From positions 1,405 to 65,404 of the forward strand of contig JBNMPW010000001.1 of the NCBI GenBank assembly GCA_051277205.1: a stretch of 64,000 nucleotides of DNA. The letters are read 5' to 3'. Made by a program: the position numbers and the translations under genes. The notes beneath the pieces were generated by a model. That model searched no databases, was not told where the DNA came from, and was given only the letters and a program-made list of their open reading frames with translations. Shown here piece by piece: positions 27,692-37,486 of this stretch (position 1 is the first letter of the stretch; each line of letters starts with the position of its first letter). This DNA is from Oceanicoccus sp. (GTDB lineage Bacteria; Pseudomonadota; Gammaproteobacteria; Pseudomonadales; Dasaniaceae).

Positions 27692-29992
27692 CTAAAACAA
27701 ATTCTTAAACCAGCGCATTACGCCGGGCAAAGTCGCGCCACAGCTACTGCGCTCGGTGGGCGCTGTGCCTTGTAAAAAGGGAATATAGCGCGCCTCTTCA
27801 CATATTTCGCGACTCAATAAACCAGTCTGACTATCTACCCAATGATAGGCGATACCCGCGGGCACTGAGAAATCCAGCGGCTGATGACTAGCGCTGGCGA
27901 TAAACTCTCGCCATACTTTTAATGCGCCGCTACTACCAGTAAGACCAGCGCTGGTATTATCATCGCGCCCCAACCACACTACTGCTAAATAATCGCCCGC
28001 AAAACCAGCGAACCAAGAGTCGCGTAAATCATTAGTGGTACCGGTTTTACCCGCCACCAAAAAGTTATCATTCAAACGCTGGTAGGCGGATTTACCCGTG
28101 CCCTCTTGCATCACTTCTACCATCGCATAGTGCAACAAATGCATTAGCGGTTTTTCTACCACCACTTCTTGTTGCACTGGATACCGAGCTAATAAAGCAC
28201 CACCTTTATCGGCAATATCAACAATTGATCGCAGCGGGCTATAAACACCAGCCGAGGCAATGGTCTGGTACATCACCGCCACTTCAATCGGCGATAACTC
28301 TGCAGCACCTAATAACAGTGATGGTAAAGCGGGTAACCGTCGCTTCACCCCTAACAAACTCGTCATATCGAGCACATTGTTCAAACCCACTTCCATGCCT
28401 AAACGCGCCGTCGCCTGATTGTAAGAGTTGGCCAATGACCGGTGCAGTAAAACACGGCCATGATGCCTGCGATCAAAATTTCTCGGTTGCCACAAAGTAT
28501 CGTTAGGACCAGCCACTTCTACCGGGCCATCGCTAATCGGCGAAGCCAATGTATAGCGATGCGATTGCTTTAAGGCGGCCAGATAAACCGCCGGTTTAAT
28601 TAAGGAGCCGATTGGCCGCACCGCATCTAAAGCGCGATTAAAACCTGCATACCGTATGCGGCGACCACCGACCACCGCCACCACATCACCCGTATTCACA
28701 TCGGTGACTACCATCGCCGCCTCAATGCCTTTGTCTTGCTTATTCATTACCGACGCCAAACTTTGCTCCGCATGACGCTGGACAATGGGATCAAAGGCCG
28801 TATAAATATTCATGCCTTCGCTTTGTAAACTTTGCAGACTATAGTCACGGCGTAACTGCCGCCGCACCAAATCCAAGTAAGCAGGATAGACCGTCGCCAT
28901 AGCGCTGTCTTTCGCCAGGCTTAAGGATTGGCGCTGGAAACCTTGCTGCTGTGCAGGCGTTATCAATTGATGTTCCGCCATTAGCTGCAGTACTAAATTA
29001 CGCCGCTCCAACGCCCGCTTGGGGTTTCTCCAAGGATCATAATAGGAAGGTCCTTTTACCATTCCCACTAATAACGCCACTTGGCTGGCATCTAATTCTG
29101 CTAACGGCCGATTAAAATAATGCTGACTGGCCAGCGCAAAACCATGAATCGCCCGCGCCCCCTCTTGACCCAGATACACCTCATTGAGATAAGACTCCAG
29201 AATCTTATCTTTGCTGAAATGAAACTCCACTAACAGAGACATCACCGCTTCCAAACCTTTGCGCCACAGACTGCGGTCAGAACTGAGAAAAACATTTTTC
29301 ACTAGCTGTTGAGTGATGGTGCTGCCACCCTGCACGGTCTGGCCAGCTTTAATATTGGCCAACATGGCGCGGGCTATTGAGCGTGGCGATACGCCAAAAT
29401 GTTGATAGAAATCACGATCTTCTACCAATAATAGAATTTCCCGCAGGTTGCGCGGTACTTGTTCCAGCTTAACCAACAGCCGGTCTTCTTGATGGCGCGG
29501 GTAGATACTACCGATCGGTAACGGCTCCAGATAGACTTTATCCAAGGCCGCGCCGCCGACGGTCAGGATCGAGCTGATGCGATCATCTGCAATTTGTAGT
29601 TGAAAGCGCAGCGCTTTTATAGAGCCCCAACCGGCTTGAAAGCCGCGGCTATAGATATGGAAATTACCGTCTTGGCGCGACACATTACCGGGCTGACGCC
29701 AATCGCTGCCAAAGCGATAGCCAAGTCGATTAAGCTCATAGTGTAAATCATCCGCTGCCAAAGACTGACCGACAGACAGTGCTAAAGGACGGGCATAGAC
29801 CCTAGCGGGCAGCTGCCATTGGCGTTCGTTGAGTTTGTATTGCACATTGGCATCGAGGTAGATCAAAGCAACAAAAAACAACACACCTATAGCAATGAAC
29901 ATCTTTAGCCACGAGAACGGTTTGCCAGCCGGTTTTTTGGCTTTCGCTTTTGTTTTGCGCTTAGCGGGCGCTGATGGTTTCTTCGGGCTCAA
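27692..29992 (-). CDS. mrcB: Penicillin-binding protein 1B
   Basis: UB2H region, EDRDFYQHFG, GGSTITQQLVKN, SLIKP, SYN, KTGT. Confidence 0.93.
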   Translation of the reverse strand: MSPKKPSAPAKRKTKAKAKKPAGKPFSWLKMFIAIGVLFFVALIYLDANVQYKLNERQWQLPARVYARPLALSVGQSLAADDLHYELNRLGYRFGSDWRQPGNVSRQDGNFHIYSRGFQAGWGSIKALRFQLQIADDRISSILTVGGAALDKVYLEPLPIGSIYPRHQEDRLLVKLEQVPRNLREILLLVEDRDFYQHFGVSPRSIARAMLANIKAGQTVQGGSTITQQLVKNVFLSSDRSLWRKGLEAVMSLLVEFHFSKDKILESYLNEVYLGQEGARAIHGFALASQHYFNRPLAELDASQVALLVGMVKGPSYYDPWRNPKRALERRNLVLQLMAEHQLITPAQQQGFQRQSLSLAKDSAMATVYPAYLDLVRRQLRRDYSLQSLQSEGMNIYTAFDPIVQRHAEQSLASVMNKQDKGIEAAMVVTDVNTGDVVAVVGGRRIRYAGFNRALDAVRPIGSLIKPAVYLAALKQSHRYTLASPISDGPVEVAGPNDTLWQPRNFDRRHHGRVLLHRSLANSYNQATARLGMEVGLNNVLDMTSLLGVKRRLPALPSLLLGAAELSPIEVAVMYQTIASAGVYSPLRSIVDIADKGGALLARYPVQQEVVVEKPLMHLLHYAMVEVMQEGTGKSAYQRLNDNFLVAGKTGTTNDLRDSWFAGFAGDYLAVVWLGRDDNTSAGLTGSSGALKVWREFIASASHQPLDFSVPAGIAYHWVDSQTGLLSREICEEARYIPFLQGTAPTERSSCGATLPGVMRWFKNLF

Positions 29993-30142
29993 ACTTTCAC
30001 TTCTCTTTGGTTACTTTCTAAGCATTCGCTAATCACAGCGAACAAATAATAACATGATGGATTGTGTTAATTGCATTCATCCTCACAACCGCCATAATAC
30101 AGCGCATACAGTTCAGCAAATTTACTGAGATCAGAGTTCACT

Positions 30143-31135
30143 ATGAAAAAATATCAGCTTTATGGCATTGGCGCGGCTTTAGTAGATACAGAAATTGAAG
30201 TCAGCGATCAAGACTTACTCAACATCGGCGTTGAAAAAGGCCTAATGACCTTGGTTGATGAAGATCGCCAACAGCAACTTAATGAACAGTTACAAGGCCA
30301 TATGGTACATGCCAAACGCGCCAGCGGTGGTTCTGGCTGCAACAGTATTTATGCTGCCAGTTGTTTCGGCGCCAACACATTTTACTCCTGTAAGGTAGCC
30401 GATGATGACAACGGTCGGTTCTTCTTACATGATTTACAAACAGCGGGTGTCGACTGCAACAGCCAAGATCATGGCGATCAGGGCGTCACTGGTAAGTGCC
30501 TAGTATTAATCAGCCCCGATGCCGAACGCAGCATGAATACCCACCTAGGTATTAGTGAAGGCCTGTCGGTCGCGCAAGTTGATGAACAAGCGATCGCTAA
30601 CTCAGACTACCTATACCTCGAAGGTTATCTGGTCACCTCCGACACTGGTCGCGCCGCCGCTATTCACGCCCGCGAAATTGCTGAGCAACACAAAGTAAAA
30701 ACCGCCATCAGCTTATCCGACCCGGGCATGGTACAGTTTTTTAAAGAAGGCCTGCAGGCAATGATTGGTGATGGCGTTAACTTAGTATTCTGCAATGAAG
30801 CCGAAGCCAAAGGTTGGGCCGACACTGACGACCTGGACATCGCCGTAGAAACATTGAAAAAACATACCGAAACATTTGCCATCACCTTAGGCGAGAAAGG
30901 CGCATTATTATTTGATGGCAAGCAATTGATAGACGTCGACCCCTTCCCCGTCAAGGCAATCGATAGCAACGGTGCTGGCGATATGTTTGCCGGCGCCTTT
31001 CTATACGCCATCAGTCACGGCCATGATTTTGCCATAGCCGGTCGCTTGGCCAGTCTCGCCTCTTCACAGGTGGTCAGCCATTACGGTCCACGGTTAACAA
31101 GCAAGCAACATGCAGCGTTGCTGGCGACACTCTAG
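30143..31135 (+). CDS. PfkB-family kinase (adenosine/inosine kinase-like)
   Basis: GIGAALVD, SGGSGCN, FCNEAEA, DSNGAGDMFAG. Confidence 0.88.
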   Translation: MKKYQLYGIGAALVDTEIEVSDQDLLNIGVEKGLMTLVDEDRQQQLNEQLQGHMVHAKRASGGSGCNSIYAASCFGANTFYSCKVADDDNGRFFLHDLQTAGVDCNSQDHGDQGVTGKCLVLISPDAERSMNTHLGISEGLSVAQVDEQAIANSDYLYLEGYLVTSDTGRAAAIHAREIAEQHKVKTAISLSDPGMVQFFKEGLQAMIGDGVNLVFCNEAEAKGWADTDDLDIAVETLKKHTETFAITLGEKGALLFDGKQLIDVDPFPVKAIDSNGAGDMFAGAFLYAISHGHDFAIAGRLASLASSQVVSHYGPRLTSKQHAALLATL

Positions 31136-31281
31136 CGGCACTCAAAAAGGCGCAAGCACCGATAATGCTTGCGCCTTTTTGCATCATTCAAAGCTGTACT
31201 ATTACGCTAGTAATTAATGGTAATCATCGCCCGAAGGGTCTACATTTATTAATAAATCAACTTCCTCGGCCAACTCCTATA

Positions 31282-31767
31282 ATGACCACGCAACAACGGA
31301 TTCTACTGCTGCAATCAATGCCTTTTTTTGGCGCCATCAAAACCAGCAGCGTTAATCTTATCCTTGAACTATCAAAAACCTTGTCCATTAAATCGGGTGA
31401 TTATTTCTTCCACCAAGGTGACTTGGGCGACTCCCTGTTCGTCTTGGAAAAAGGTCAAGCCTCAATTTTTAAGACCTATGACGACAAAGAATATGTGTTG
31501 CGCACTGCCCTAGATGGCGACTGTTTTGGCGATTTGGCGCTGATTGATTTCACCCCACGCAGTGCGTCGGTAAGAGCGGAAGCTGACTGCAAAGCGCTGA
31601 AAATTCCATCGTCGACCTTGCATACACTCTATAAACAAGACAGCGAACAATTTCTTTTGATTCAAATGAATATTGCCAGGGAGGTGAGTCGTCGCTTACG
31701 AAAAGCCGACGACCGTTGGTTTCAATGTCAAATCACCGACAACGATAACGCTCAACAAAAAGAGTGA
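31282..31767 (+). CDS. Stand-alone cyclic-nucleotide-binding domain protein
   Basis: FHQGDLGDSLFVL...CFGDLALIDFTPRSASVRA; no HTH. Start moved to ATG 31282. Confidence 0.8.
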   Translation: MTTQQRILLLQSMPFFGAIKTSSVNLILELSKTLSIKSGDYFFHQGDLGDSLFVLEKGQASIFKTYDDKEYVLRTALDGDCFGDLALIDFTPRSASVRAEADCKALKIPSSTLHTLYKQDSEQFLLIQMNIAREVSRRLRKADDRWFQCQITDNDNAQQKE

Positions 31768-31794
31768 TTTAAGAAACCTTATTTCCTTTCATGC

Positions 31795-32049
31795 TTAGCC
31801 TACGGATTTTGCTAATACGGCACTCACTAATTTTGATTCGCTATCGACACCGGTCTTTAGTAACAGCGAATTGACTTGCAGACGAACCACATTTCTGGGC
31901 TGCTGTAATTCATCCGCTATATCATCCAAACTCAAACCTTGCAGCAGAGACCAGCACAACTGGGACTCCCGTTTATTTAAGTTAAAACCTTGCACCACCG
32001 TATCAGGTAGATAATGCTTTCCTGTACTGGCCTCATAAAATGAAGTCAT
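31795..32049 (-). CDS. Small LuxR-type HTH protein
   Basis: FNLNKRESQLCWSLLQGLSLDDIADEL...VRLQVNSLLLKTGVDSESKLV. Start uncertain. Confidence 0.65.
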   Translation of the reverse strand: MTSFYEASTGKHYLPDTVVQGFNLNKRESQLCWSLLQGLSLDDIADELQQPRNVVRLQVNSLLLKTGVDSESKLVSAVLAKSVG

Positions 32050-32278
32050 TGTTGCGCTCCGCGACCGCATTGCAAAAATGATATGCAGGCCTATCTCTGG
32101 GTAATCACCGGTTATTGTTATCCTCTCTATTTTAACGAGCATAGGACGTAAAGAGAGCAAATATAGCGGTACTAATACCGTAAGATAAGTGGCAAAGTTG
32201 GCACAGGAGTATAAGCTACTGAGCGCCATAAAGACGCCGTTAGCAGGCCGCAAAGGGCCGAGCTTAACAAGAGAAGAG

Positions 32279-33133
32279 CTAGGCAGTCACTTGCTCTTCT
32301 TGCAGGTCCTCACTCCATTGAAAAATATTTAGCTCTATAAAGATAAAGGCAACCAGCCATAGAAAAGCATCCCAGAAATCGAGAAACTCACCATCGAAGC
32401 CCCAGTAAACAGCCGCCACAAATAGCACGCTATAGAGCACCACCTTAATCCATTTACTGATAGTTCTAACTAAGCCCGTAAGACCACCACGTAACTGCAA
32501 GAATACATCCACTTCTAATATCACCACCACCAACAACCAGGCAGCAGCGTTAATCACATCAGCCCAGGCCAAACGCTGAGCATTAGCCATGGCTTCAGAG
32601 CTAGCAATTAACTCCACGCCATTGACGCGAAATAATTCAATACCATTGAAGGCTGTGCAATTCTCGACGGTTAACAAAGGATAATTATCCAATATAAATA
32701 TATAAGCAAAGCTGTTATCCACTAGATTACAGACATCGTCAATTTGCATGACTGAAACATCTAGCAGCAGTAATAGCTTATTGATATAGCCCCAAAAGGC
32801 ATAGATAATAAATACATAACATAATGAACGCACGATATGTAGCGACCATTTGATAGCGCCACGAATTTTTTCATCGGAGATAATATAGGTTTCTAATTCA
32901 AACAATAGTAGCAACAAAACCCAAGCACTGGTATCCACTGTCGCCGAGAAAGCCTCTACCACATCACCTAAGGCGACGCCGCCTTTGAAGATTGTTTCAC
33001 TGGCCCGATAATCATCCTGAAAGAACAAAACGATGTTATAAGCCAACAAACAATAAACCAAATACTTAAAAAACTGGAATATATAATAAGATTTAGAATG
33101 ATTATTACTAGTTACTACCACACCACTATCCAT
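32279..33133 (-). CDS. Polytopic membrane protein of unknown function with three internal repeats
   Basis: About 6 TM helices; three [D/N]x3Wx7E motifs. Confidence 0.7.
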   Translation of the reverse strand: MDSGVVVTSNNHSKSYYIFQFFKYLVYCLLAYNIVLFFQDDYRASETIFKGGVALGDVVEAFSATVDTSAWVLLLLLFELETYIISDEKIRGAIKWSLHIVRSLCYVFIIYAFWGYINKLLLLLDVSVMQIDDVCNLVDNSFAYIFILDNYPLLTVENCTAFNGIELFRVNGVELIASSEAMANAQRLAWADVINAAAWLLVVVILEVDVFLQLRGGLTGLVRTISKWIKVVLYSVLFVAAVYWGFDGEFLDFWDAFLWLVAFIFIELNIFQWSEDLQEEQVTA

Positions 33134-33194
33134 ACTGGATCACACCCCACGAATATTCTGACATACAAATAAAACGCACCAGAAACAAAGCCAT

Positions 33195-33226
33195 AAAAAA
33201 ATGCCCGGTTATTTCACCGGGCATTT
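33195..33226 (-). terminator. Intrinsic terminator after the aminotransferase
   Basis: AAATGCCCGGT/ACCGGGCATTT stem with a T tract on the minus strand. Confidence 0.8.
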
Positions 33227-33236
33227 AGTCTATCTG

Positions 33237-34625
33237 TTAATCGTCAAAGTTAACTGACGGTAACTCTTGCAGTGTTTGATCAAGACTAAGCTTGGCCTTT
33301 TCAATAAGCTCATCGATATGCTCGCGAGTCATTATCAGCGGCGGTGAAATAATCATAGTATCGCCTACTGCCCTCATCACCAAACCATTTTTAATACAGA
33401 AGTCACGACATAGGCCGCCAACTTTACCCTGCTGAGGGAAGAACTGTCGCTTTTCTTTATCTTGCACCAGCTCAATCGCTGCTAACAAACCAACACCTCT
33501 AGCCTCACCGACTAAAGGGTGATCTGCCAGTTCACGCCAGCGTTTTTGTAAATAGGGACCTGTGTCTTTATCAACTTTCTCGACAATTTTTTCATCACGT
33601 AATATTTTTAGGTTAGCAATCGCTACGGCAGCGGCTACTGGATGACCAGAATACGTATAACCATGGGCAAGCTCACCACATTTCTCAGCCAACAAATCAG
33701 CGACACGATCACTCACTATAACGCCACCAATAGGCTGATAACCGGAGGAGAGCCCTTTAGCAATAGGCATAAAGTCTGGCTTGATACCGAAGTAATCAGA
33801 ACCAAACCATTTGCCGGTACGACCAAAGCCACAAATCACCTCATCAGCAATCAACAAGATTCCATACTTATCGCAAATTCTTTGAATTTCTGGCCAGTAC
33901 GTTGCTGGCGGAATAATAACACCCCCAGCACCTTGTAAAGGCTCGCCGATAAAAGCGGCGACTCGGTCTACACCGGTTGCCCGTATTTGCTGCTCTAATT
34001 GCTGCGCCACTTTTAAACCAAACTCATCTGGCTCCATGTCGCCACCTTCGGCGTACCAATAAGGCTGGTCAATATGAACAATACCCGGAATAGGTAAGCT
34101 GCCTTGCTCATGCATAAACTTCATGCCACCAAGGCTAGCGCCAGCCATAGTCGACCCATGATAAGCATTGTTGCGGCTGATAATAACTGTTTTTTGTGGT
34201 TCGCCCTTTAAATCCCAATAGCGACGTACCATCCGCACCACCGTATCATTACTTTCTGAGCCAGAACCTGTAAAAAACACGCGATTCAAGTGATCAGGCG
34301 CCAACTCAGCTAATAACTCGGCTAACTCAATCGCCGGCGGCGTGGTGCACTGGAAAAAACTATTATAGTAAGGTAACTGCTGCATTTGTTTATACGCGGC
34401 ATCCGCTAATTCTTTGCGGCCATAGCCAATGTTAACGCACCATAAACCGGCCATACCATCGAGCAACTTATTACCCTCGGAATCCCAAATATAAACACCA
34501 TCGGCATGAGTAATTATTCGCGTGCCCGCCGCACTCAATTCTTTGCCGTCGCTAAACGGGTGGATATGAAATTTTCGATCAGCTTCTTGCAGTTCAGCGG
34601 TATTAAATTCAGTTGATGCGTTCAT
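33237..34625 (-). CDS. spuC: Class III omega-aminotransferase, putrescine:pyruvate type (SpuC-like)
   Basis: DGMAGLWCVNIGYGR, LPYYNSFF, GSGSESND, DEVICGFGRTG, IAKGLSSGY, HGYTYSGHP. Confidence 0.8.
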   Translation of the reverse strand: MNASTEFNTAELQEADRKFHIHPFSDGKELSAAGTRIITHADGVYIWDSEGNKLLDGMAGLWCVNIGYGRKELADAAYKQMQQLPYYNSFFQCTTPPAIELAELLAELAPDHLNRVFFTGSGSESNDTVVRMVRRYWDLKGEPQKTVIISRNNAYHGSTMAGASLGGMKFMHEQGSLPIPGIVHIDQPYWYAEGGDMEPDEFGLKVAQQLEQQIRATGVDRVAAFIGEPLQGAGGVIIPPATYWPEIQRICDKYGILLIADEVICGFGRTGKWFGSDYFGIKPDFMPIAKGLSSGYQPIGGVIVSDRVADLLAEKCGELAHGYTYSGHPVAAAVAIANLKILRDEKIVEKVDKDTGPYLQKRWRELADHPLVGEARGVGLLAAIELVQDKEKRQFFPQQGKVGGLCRDFCIKNGLVMRAVGDTMIISPPLIMTREHIDELIEKAKLSLDQTLQELPSVNFDD

Positions 34626-34655
34626 AGTATTTCTCTTTCAATTTTTTACTGTCAA

Positions 34656-34839
34656 TTAAACATTAAACGACTGATATTTCTGGTTTGGCTATCAAATTAT
34701 AGGGGGTCTATCAACCACATCCCCATGTTCTCCGGCCAATCATCCGTCACTTTCTGCAGAAGATTATCTCCGACACCCAACATTCAGACTCAGTAATCTG
34801 GCGATCTTCTAAGCCGGTTTTTAAGTCGCTATTAATCAC
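34656..34839 (-). pseudogene. Heavily deleted relic of gamma-glutamylpolyamine synthetase (SpuB/PauA-like)
   Basis: Collinear fragments DLKTGLEDRQITESECWVSEI, LQKVTDDWPE...LIDP and KYQSF-NV-stop resemble the N- and C-terminal SpuB segments as I recall them; directly upstream of spuC. Confidence 0.6.
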
Positions 34840-34923
34840 AACATGCCCTTTTGGCGTCATCTTTGGGGCATTAACTTCTACAGAGCAGTCAATATTTGTC
34901 AAAGCAGAGCTACAGTACTACCC

Positions 34924-34962
34924 GTGGTGATTATTTTCAACACTACGGTGATTATTAAACAC
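34924..34962. promoter_or_regulatory. Tandem PuuR/PauR-like operators
   Basis: Imperfect palindrome GTGGTGATTATTTTCAACAC followed by GGTGATTATTAAACAC, upstream of the spuB relic and spuC. Confidence 0.55.
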
Positions 34963-35096
34963 AATTGTTAGTTTCATGACTCAAGCTAACTTTTATACGA
35001 CACAACCATTAACTTCAACAGCACTCTATAGGGGATATGATTACTTTTTATTAATCAACACGTTAATCGGATATCCCGGCTATTCAGGATCCTCAT

Positions 35097-35493
35097 ATGA
35101 AAACAACTATGACAACTCTCCCAATAGCCTTACTCGCCGTTATAGTGGGTGGCTGCAGCGGTATAGATGACACCTCCGCCCAACCAACCATCTCACCCGG
35201 ACTACTGGCTATTCTAGGTCCAGCAGTGAAGCAGATAGAGAGCTACAGCCTAAACGGTTGGAACTATATCAACCCCCAAGCGCTAATTATTAACTCATCA
35301 CCGAACCGCGACTATCTGGTTACCTTGCGTAATCGCTGCCACGAATTATCGAACCAAAAGATTATCGGCACTACCGCCACCGGCACGGCGATGCACGCGA
35401 ATTTTGGTAACGCTGACTGGCACCGGCCAAACCCGTAACGGCTATACCGATCAAATCTATGCCTTGAGTAAGGCTTCTAATGATGACCAATAG
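35097..35493 (+). pseudogene. Frameshifted lipoprotein (DUF6491-like)
   Basis: Lipobox VGGC, LNGWNYIN...DYLVTLRNRC; the expected C-terminus (TDQIYAL) continues in the +1 frame from ~35407 to TAG 35493. Confidence 0.55.
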
Positions 35494-35512
35494 AAACCTA
35501 ATAAGTTGGCGC

Positions 35513-36079
35513 TTACTTACGTTTAGAGCTCCATTTTGGAGAGGTATTGGCACTGACAATCACTAGCGGCTGATCACCCACCGAGCGAAAGCGATGGGGG
35601 GTGGTACCCTGAAAATAATAACCCTGATTAGGGCTTAGCACTTGGGTTTGCTCGCCAACCGTCAACTCCAGCAAGCCCTGTATCACCACACCACCTTCAT
35701 CACCACTATGGCTGATGCGGTCTTCGCCGGTATCAGAACCCGGCTGCATCACCTCCCGCAATATTTCCAGAGCGCGGTCTTTTTGGCCCGCGCCCAGCAA
35801 AAAATAGTCGATGTCTTTTTGACCTAGGTTGGGTTGCTCATCTTCTCGATAAAAAGGTGAGTGCTCGACCTGACTTTCATCGGCAGAAAAAAATTCCGCC
35901 AACGACATAGGGATGCCATCGAGTAGTTTTTTCAATGAGCCCACCGAGGGGCTCACCCGATTTTGCTCTATCAGCGAAATAGTACTGTGGGTGACACCCA
36001 CTCGTTTGGCCAACTCTCGCTGGGAAAGCCCTTCCAGTTTACGAACGGCTTTTAATCTTTCGCCCACATCAAAGGTCAT
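35513..36079 (-). CDS. XRE-cupin transcriptional regulator (PuuR/PauR-like)
   Basis: [47 protein letters not shown] plus cupin (HSGDEGG, PHRFR). Confidence 0.85.
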   Translation of the reverse strand: MTFDVGERLKAVRKLEGLSQRELAKRVGVTHSTISLIEQNRVSPSVGSLKKLLDGIPMSLAEFFSADESQVEHSPFYREDEQPNLGQKDIDYFLLGAGQKDRALEILREVMQPGSDTGEDRISHSGDEGGVVIQGLLELTVGEQTQVLSPNQGYYFQGTTPHRFRSVGDQPLVIVSANTSPKWSSKRK

Positions 36080-36801
36080 AGTTGTCGATCCAATACTACT
36101 AATGATTCGGTTACGGCTATCGACTGCGGACTAATCTGAGCTTTATAGGCAAGCACTTCTACCCCCGCTTCCAGCGCTTGCCGCAATGTCTCGCCATAGG
36201 CCGCATCAATGGCATCTGCCGGTGCTACTCGGTCGATACCGCTATGTTGCACACAAAACAGCAATACGGCTCGATGCCCCTGCTCTGCCATAGCGATTAG
36301 CTCGCGCAAATGTTTGCGGCCACGCTCACTGACCGCGTCGGGAAATACCCCGAGGCCATCTTCGAGCAGCAGAGTAACGCTTTTTACTTCGATAAAACAC
36401 AGCGGCAAACCCTCGGCCTCTAACTGCAAATCAATACGGCTGCCCTCCTCGCCGTATTTCACTTCTCTGCGAATCGAGCCGCCAGCGACCTGATAAGCTT
36501 GCAACTCAGTAACCGCGCCATTACTAATCGCCTCTTCTACTAGAGCATTGGCTTTGGCCGAGTGGATACAGGCCATATCCCCCGCCAACGTTTGCACCAG
36601 CTCCCAAGTATGGGGATATTTGCGCTTGGGGTTTTCTGAAGTGGACAGCCAAACCGTCGCACCCGCCTCAGCACAGCCGGTCATGGCACCCGTATTAGGG
36701 CAGTGGACGGTCAGTGTGTCGCCGGAGGGCAACAGCACATCTGCTAAAAAGCGCTTATAGCGCTTTAGCAGATGTGCTTGTATCAAAGGGGGACACTGCA
36801 T
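36076..36801 (-). CDS. sfsA: DNA/RNA nuclease SfsA
   Basis: [42 protein letters not shown]. Confidence 0.95.
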   Translation of the reverse strand: MQCPPLIQAHLLKRYKRFLADVLLPSGDTLTVHCPNTGAMTGCAEAGATVWLSTSENPKRKYPHTWELVQTLAGDMACIHSAKANALVEEAISNGAVTELQAYQVAGGSIRREVKYGEEGSRIDLQLEAEGLPLCFIEVKSVTLLLEDGLGVFPDAVSERGRKHLRELIAMAEQGHRAVLLFCVQHSGIDRVAPADAIDAAYGETLRQALEAGVEVLAYKAQISPQSIAVTESLVVLDRQL

Positions 36802-36807
36802 GACCGA

Positions 36808-37371
36808 TTATGACTTAGTCTTCAAAAATACTTTGCGGTAGTACTGCAATTCTTCAATCGACTCGCGAACATCATCTAACGCCAAGTGTGCACCTTTTTT
36901 CTGAAAGCCATTTAGCAAGTCTGGCCGCCATCGGAGCATCAGCTCCTTCAAGGTACTGACATCGAGGTTCCGATAATGAAAGTACCTTTCTAATGCCGGC
37001 ATATATTTGACCAAAAAGCGTCGATCCTGGCCGATGCTATTGCCGCAAATGGGTGATGCGCCCTCTGGCACATGCTGACGCAAAAATTCGATGGTCTGTT
37101 GTTCGGCTTCAGCCGCGGTCATCGGGCTGTTGCGTACCCGCGTGGTGAGGCCAGAGTCACCGTGATGCGTGGTGTTCCACTCATCCATACCGGCCAATAC
37201 CTCATCACTCTGATGGATCGCCAGCACCGGGCCTTCGGCGATGGTATTGAGATCTGCATCGGTAACAATGGTGGCGATTTCGATGATGACATCGGTATCC
37301 GGTTCAAGCCCGGTCATTTCCAAATCGATCCAAATCAGATTGAGCTTACTTTTACTGGCGGCATCCGTCAT
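36808..37371 (-). CDS. orn: Oligoribonuclease
   Basis: [39 protein letters not shown]. Confidence 0.97.
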   Translation of the reverse strand: MTDAASKSKLNLIWIDLEMTGLEPDTDVIIEIATIVTDADLNTIAEGPVLAIHQSDEVLAGMDEWNTTHHGDSGLTTRVRNSPMTAAEAEQQTIEFLRQHVPEGASPICGNSIGQDRRFLVKYMPALERYFHYRNLDVSTLKELMLRWRPDLLNGFQKKGAHLALDDVRESIEELQYYRKVFLKTKS

Positions 37372-37486
37372 AAAGCTTCCATTAAACAAAGAACATGAAT
37401 TAAAACAGCAATGAATAGCAGGCAAGTGTAGCAAAATTGTCCCGATGTCTTAATAATAGCAGCACATTCATTCAAACCCGACCTGC

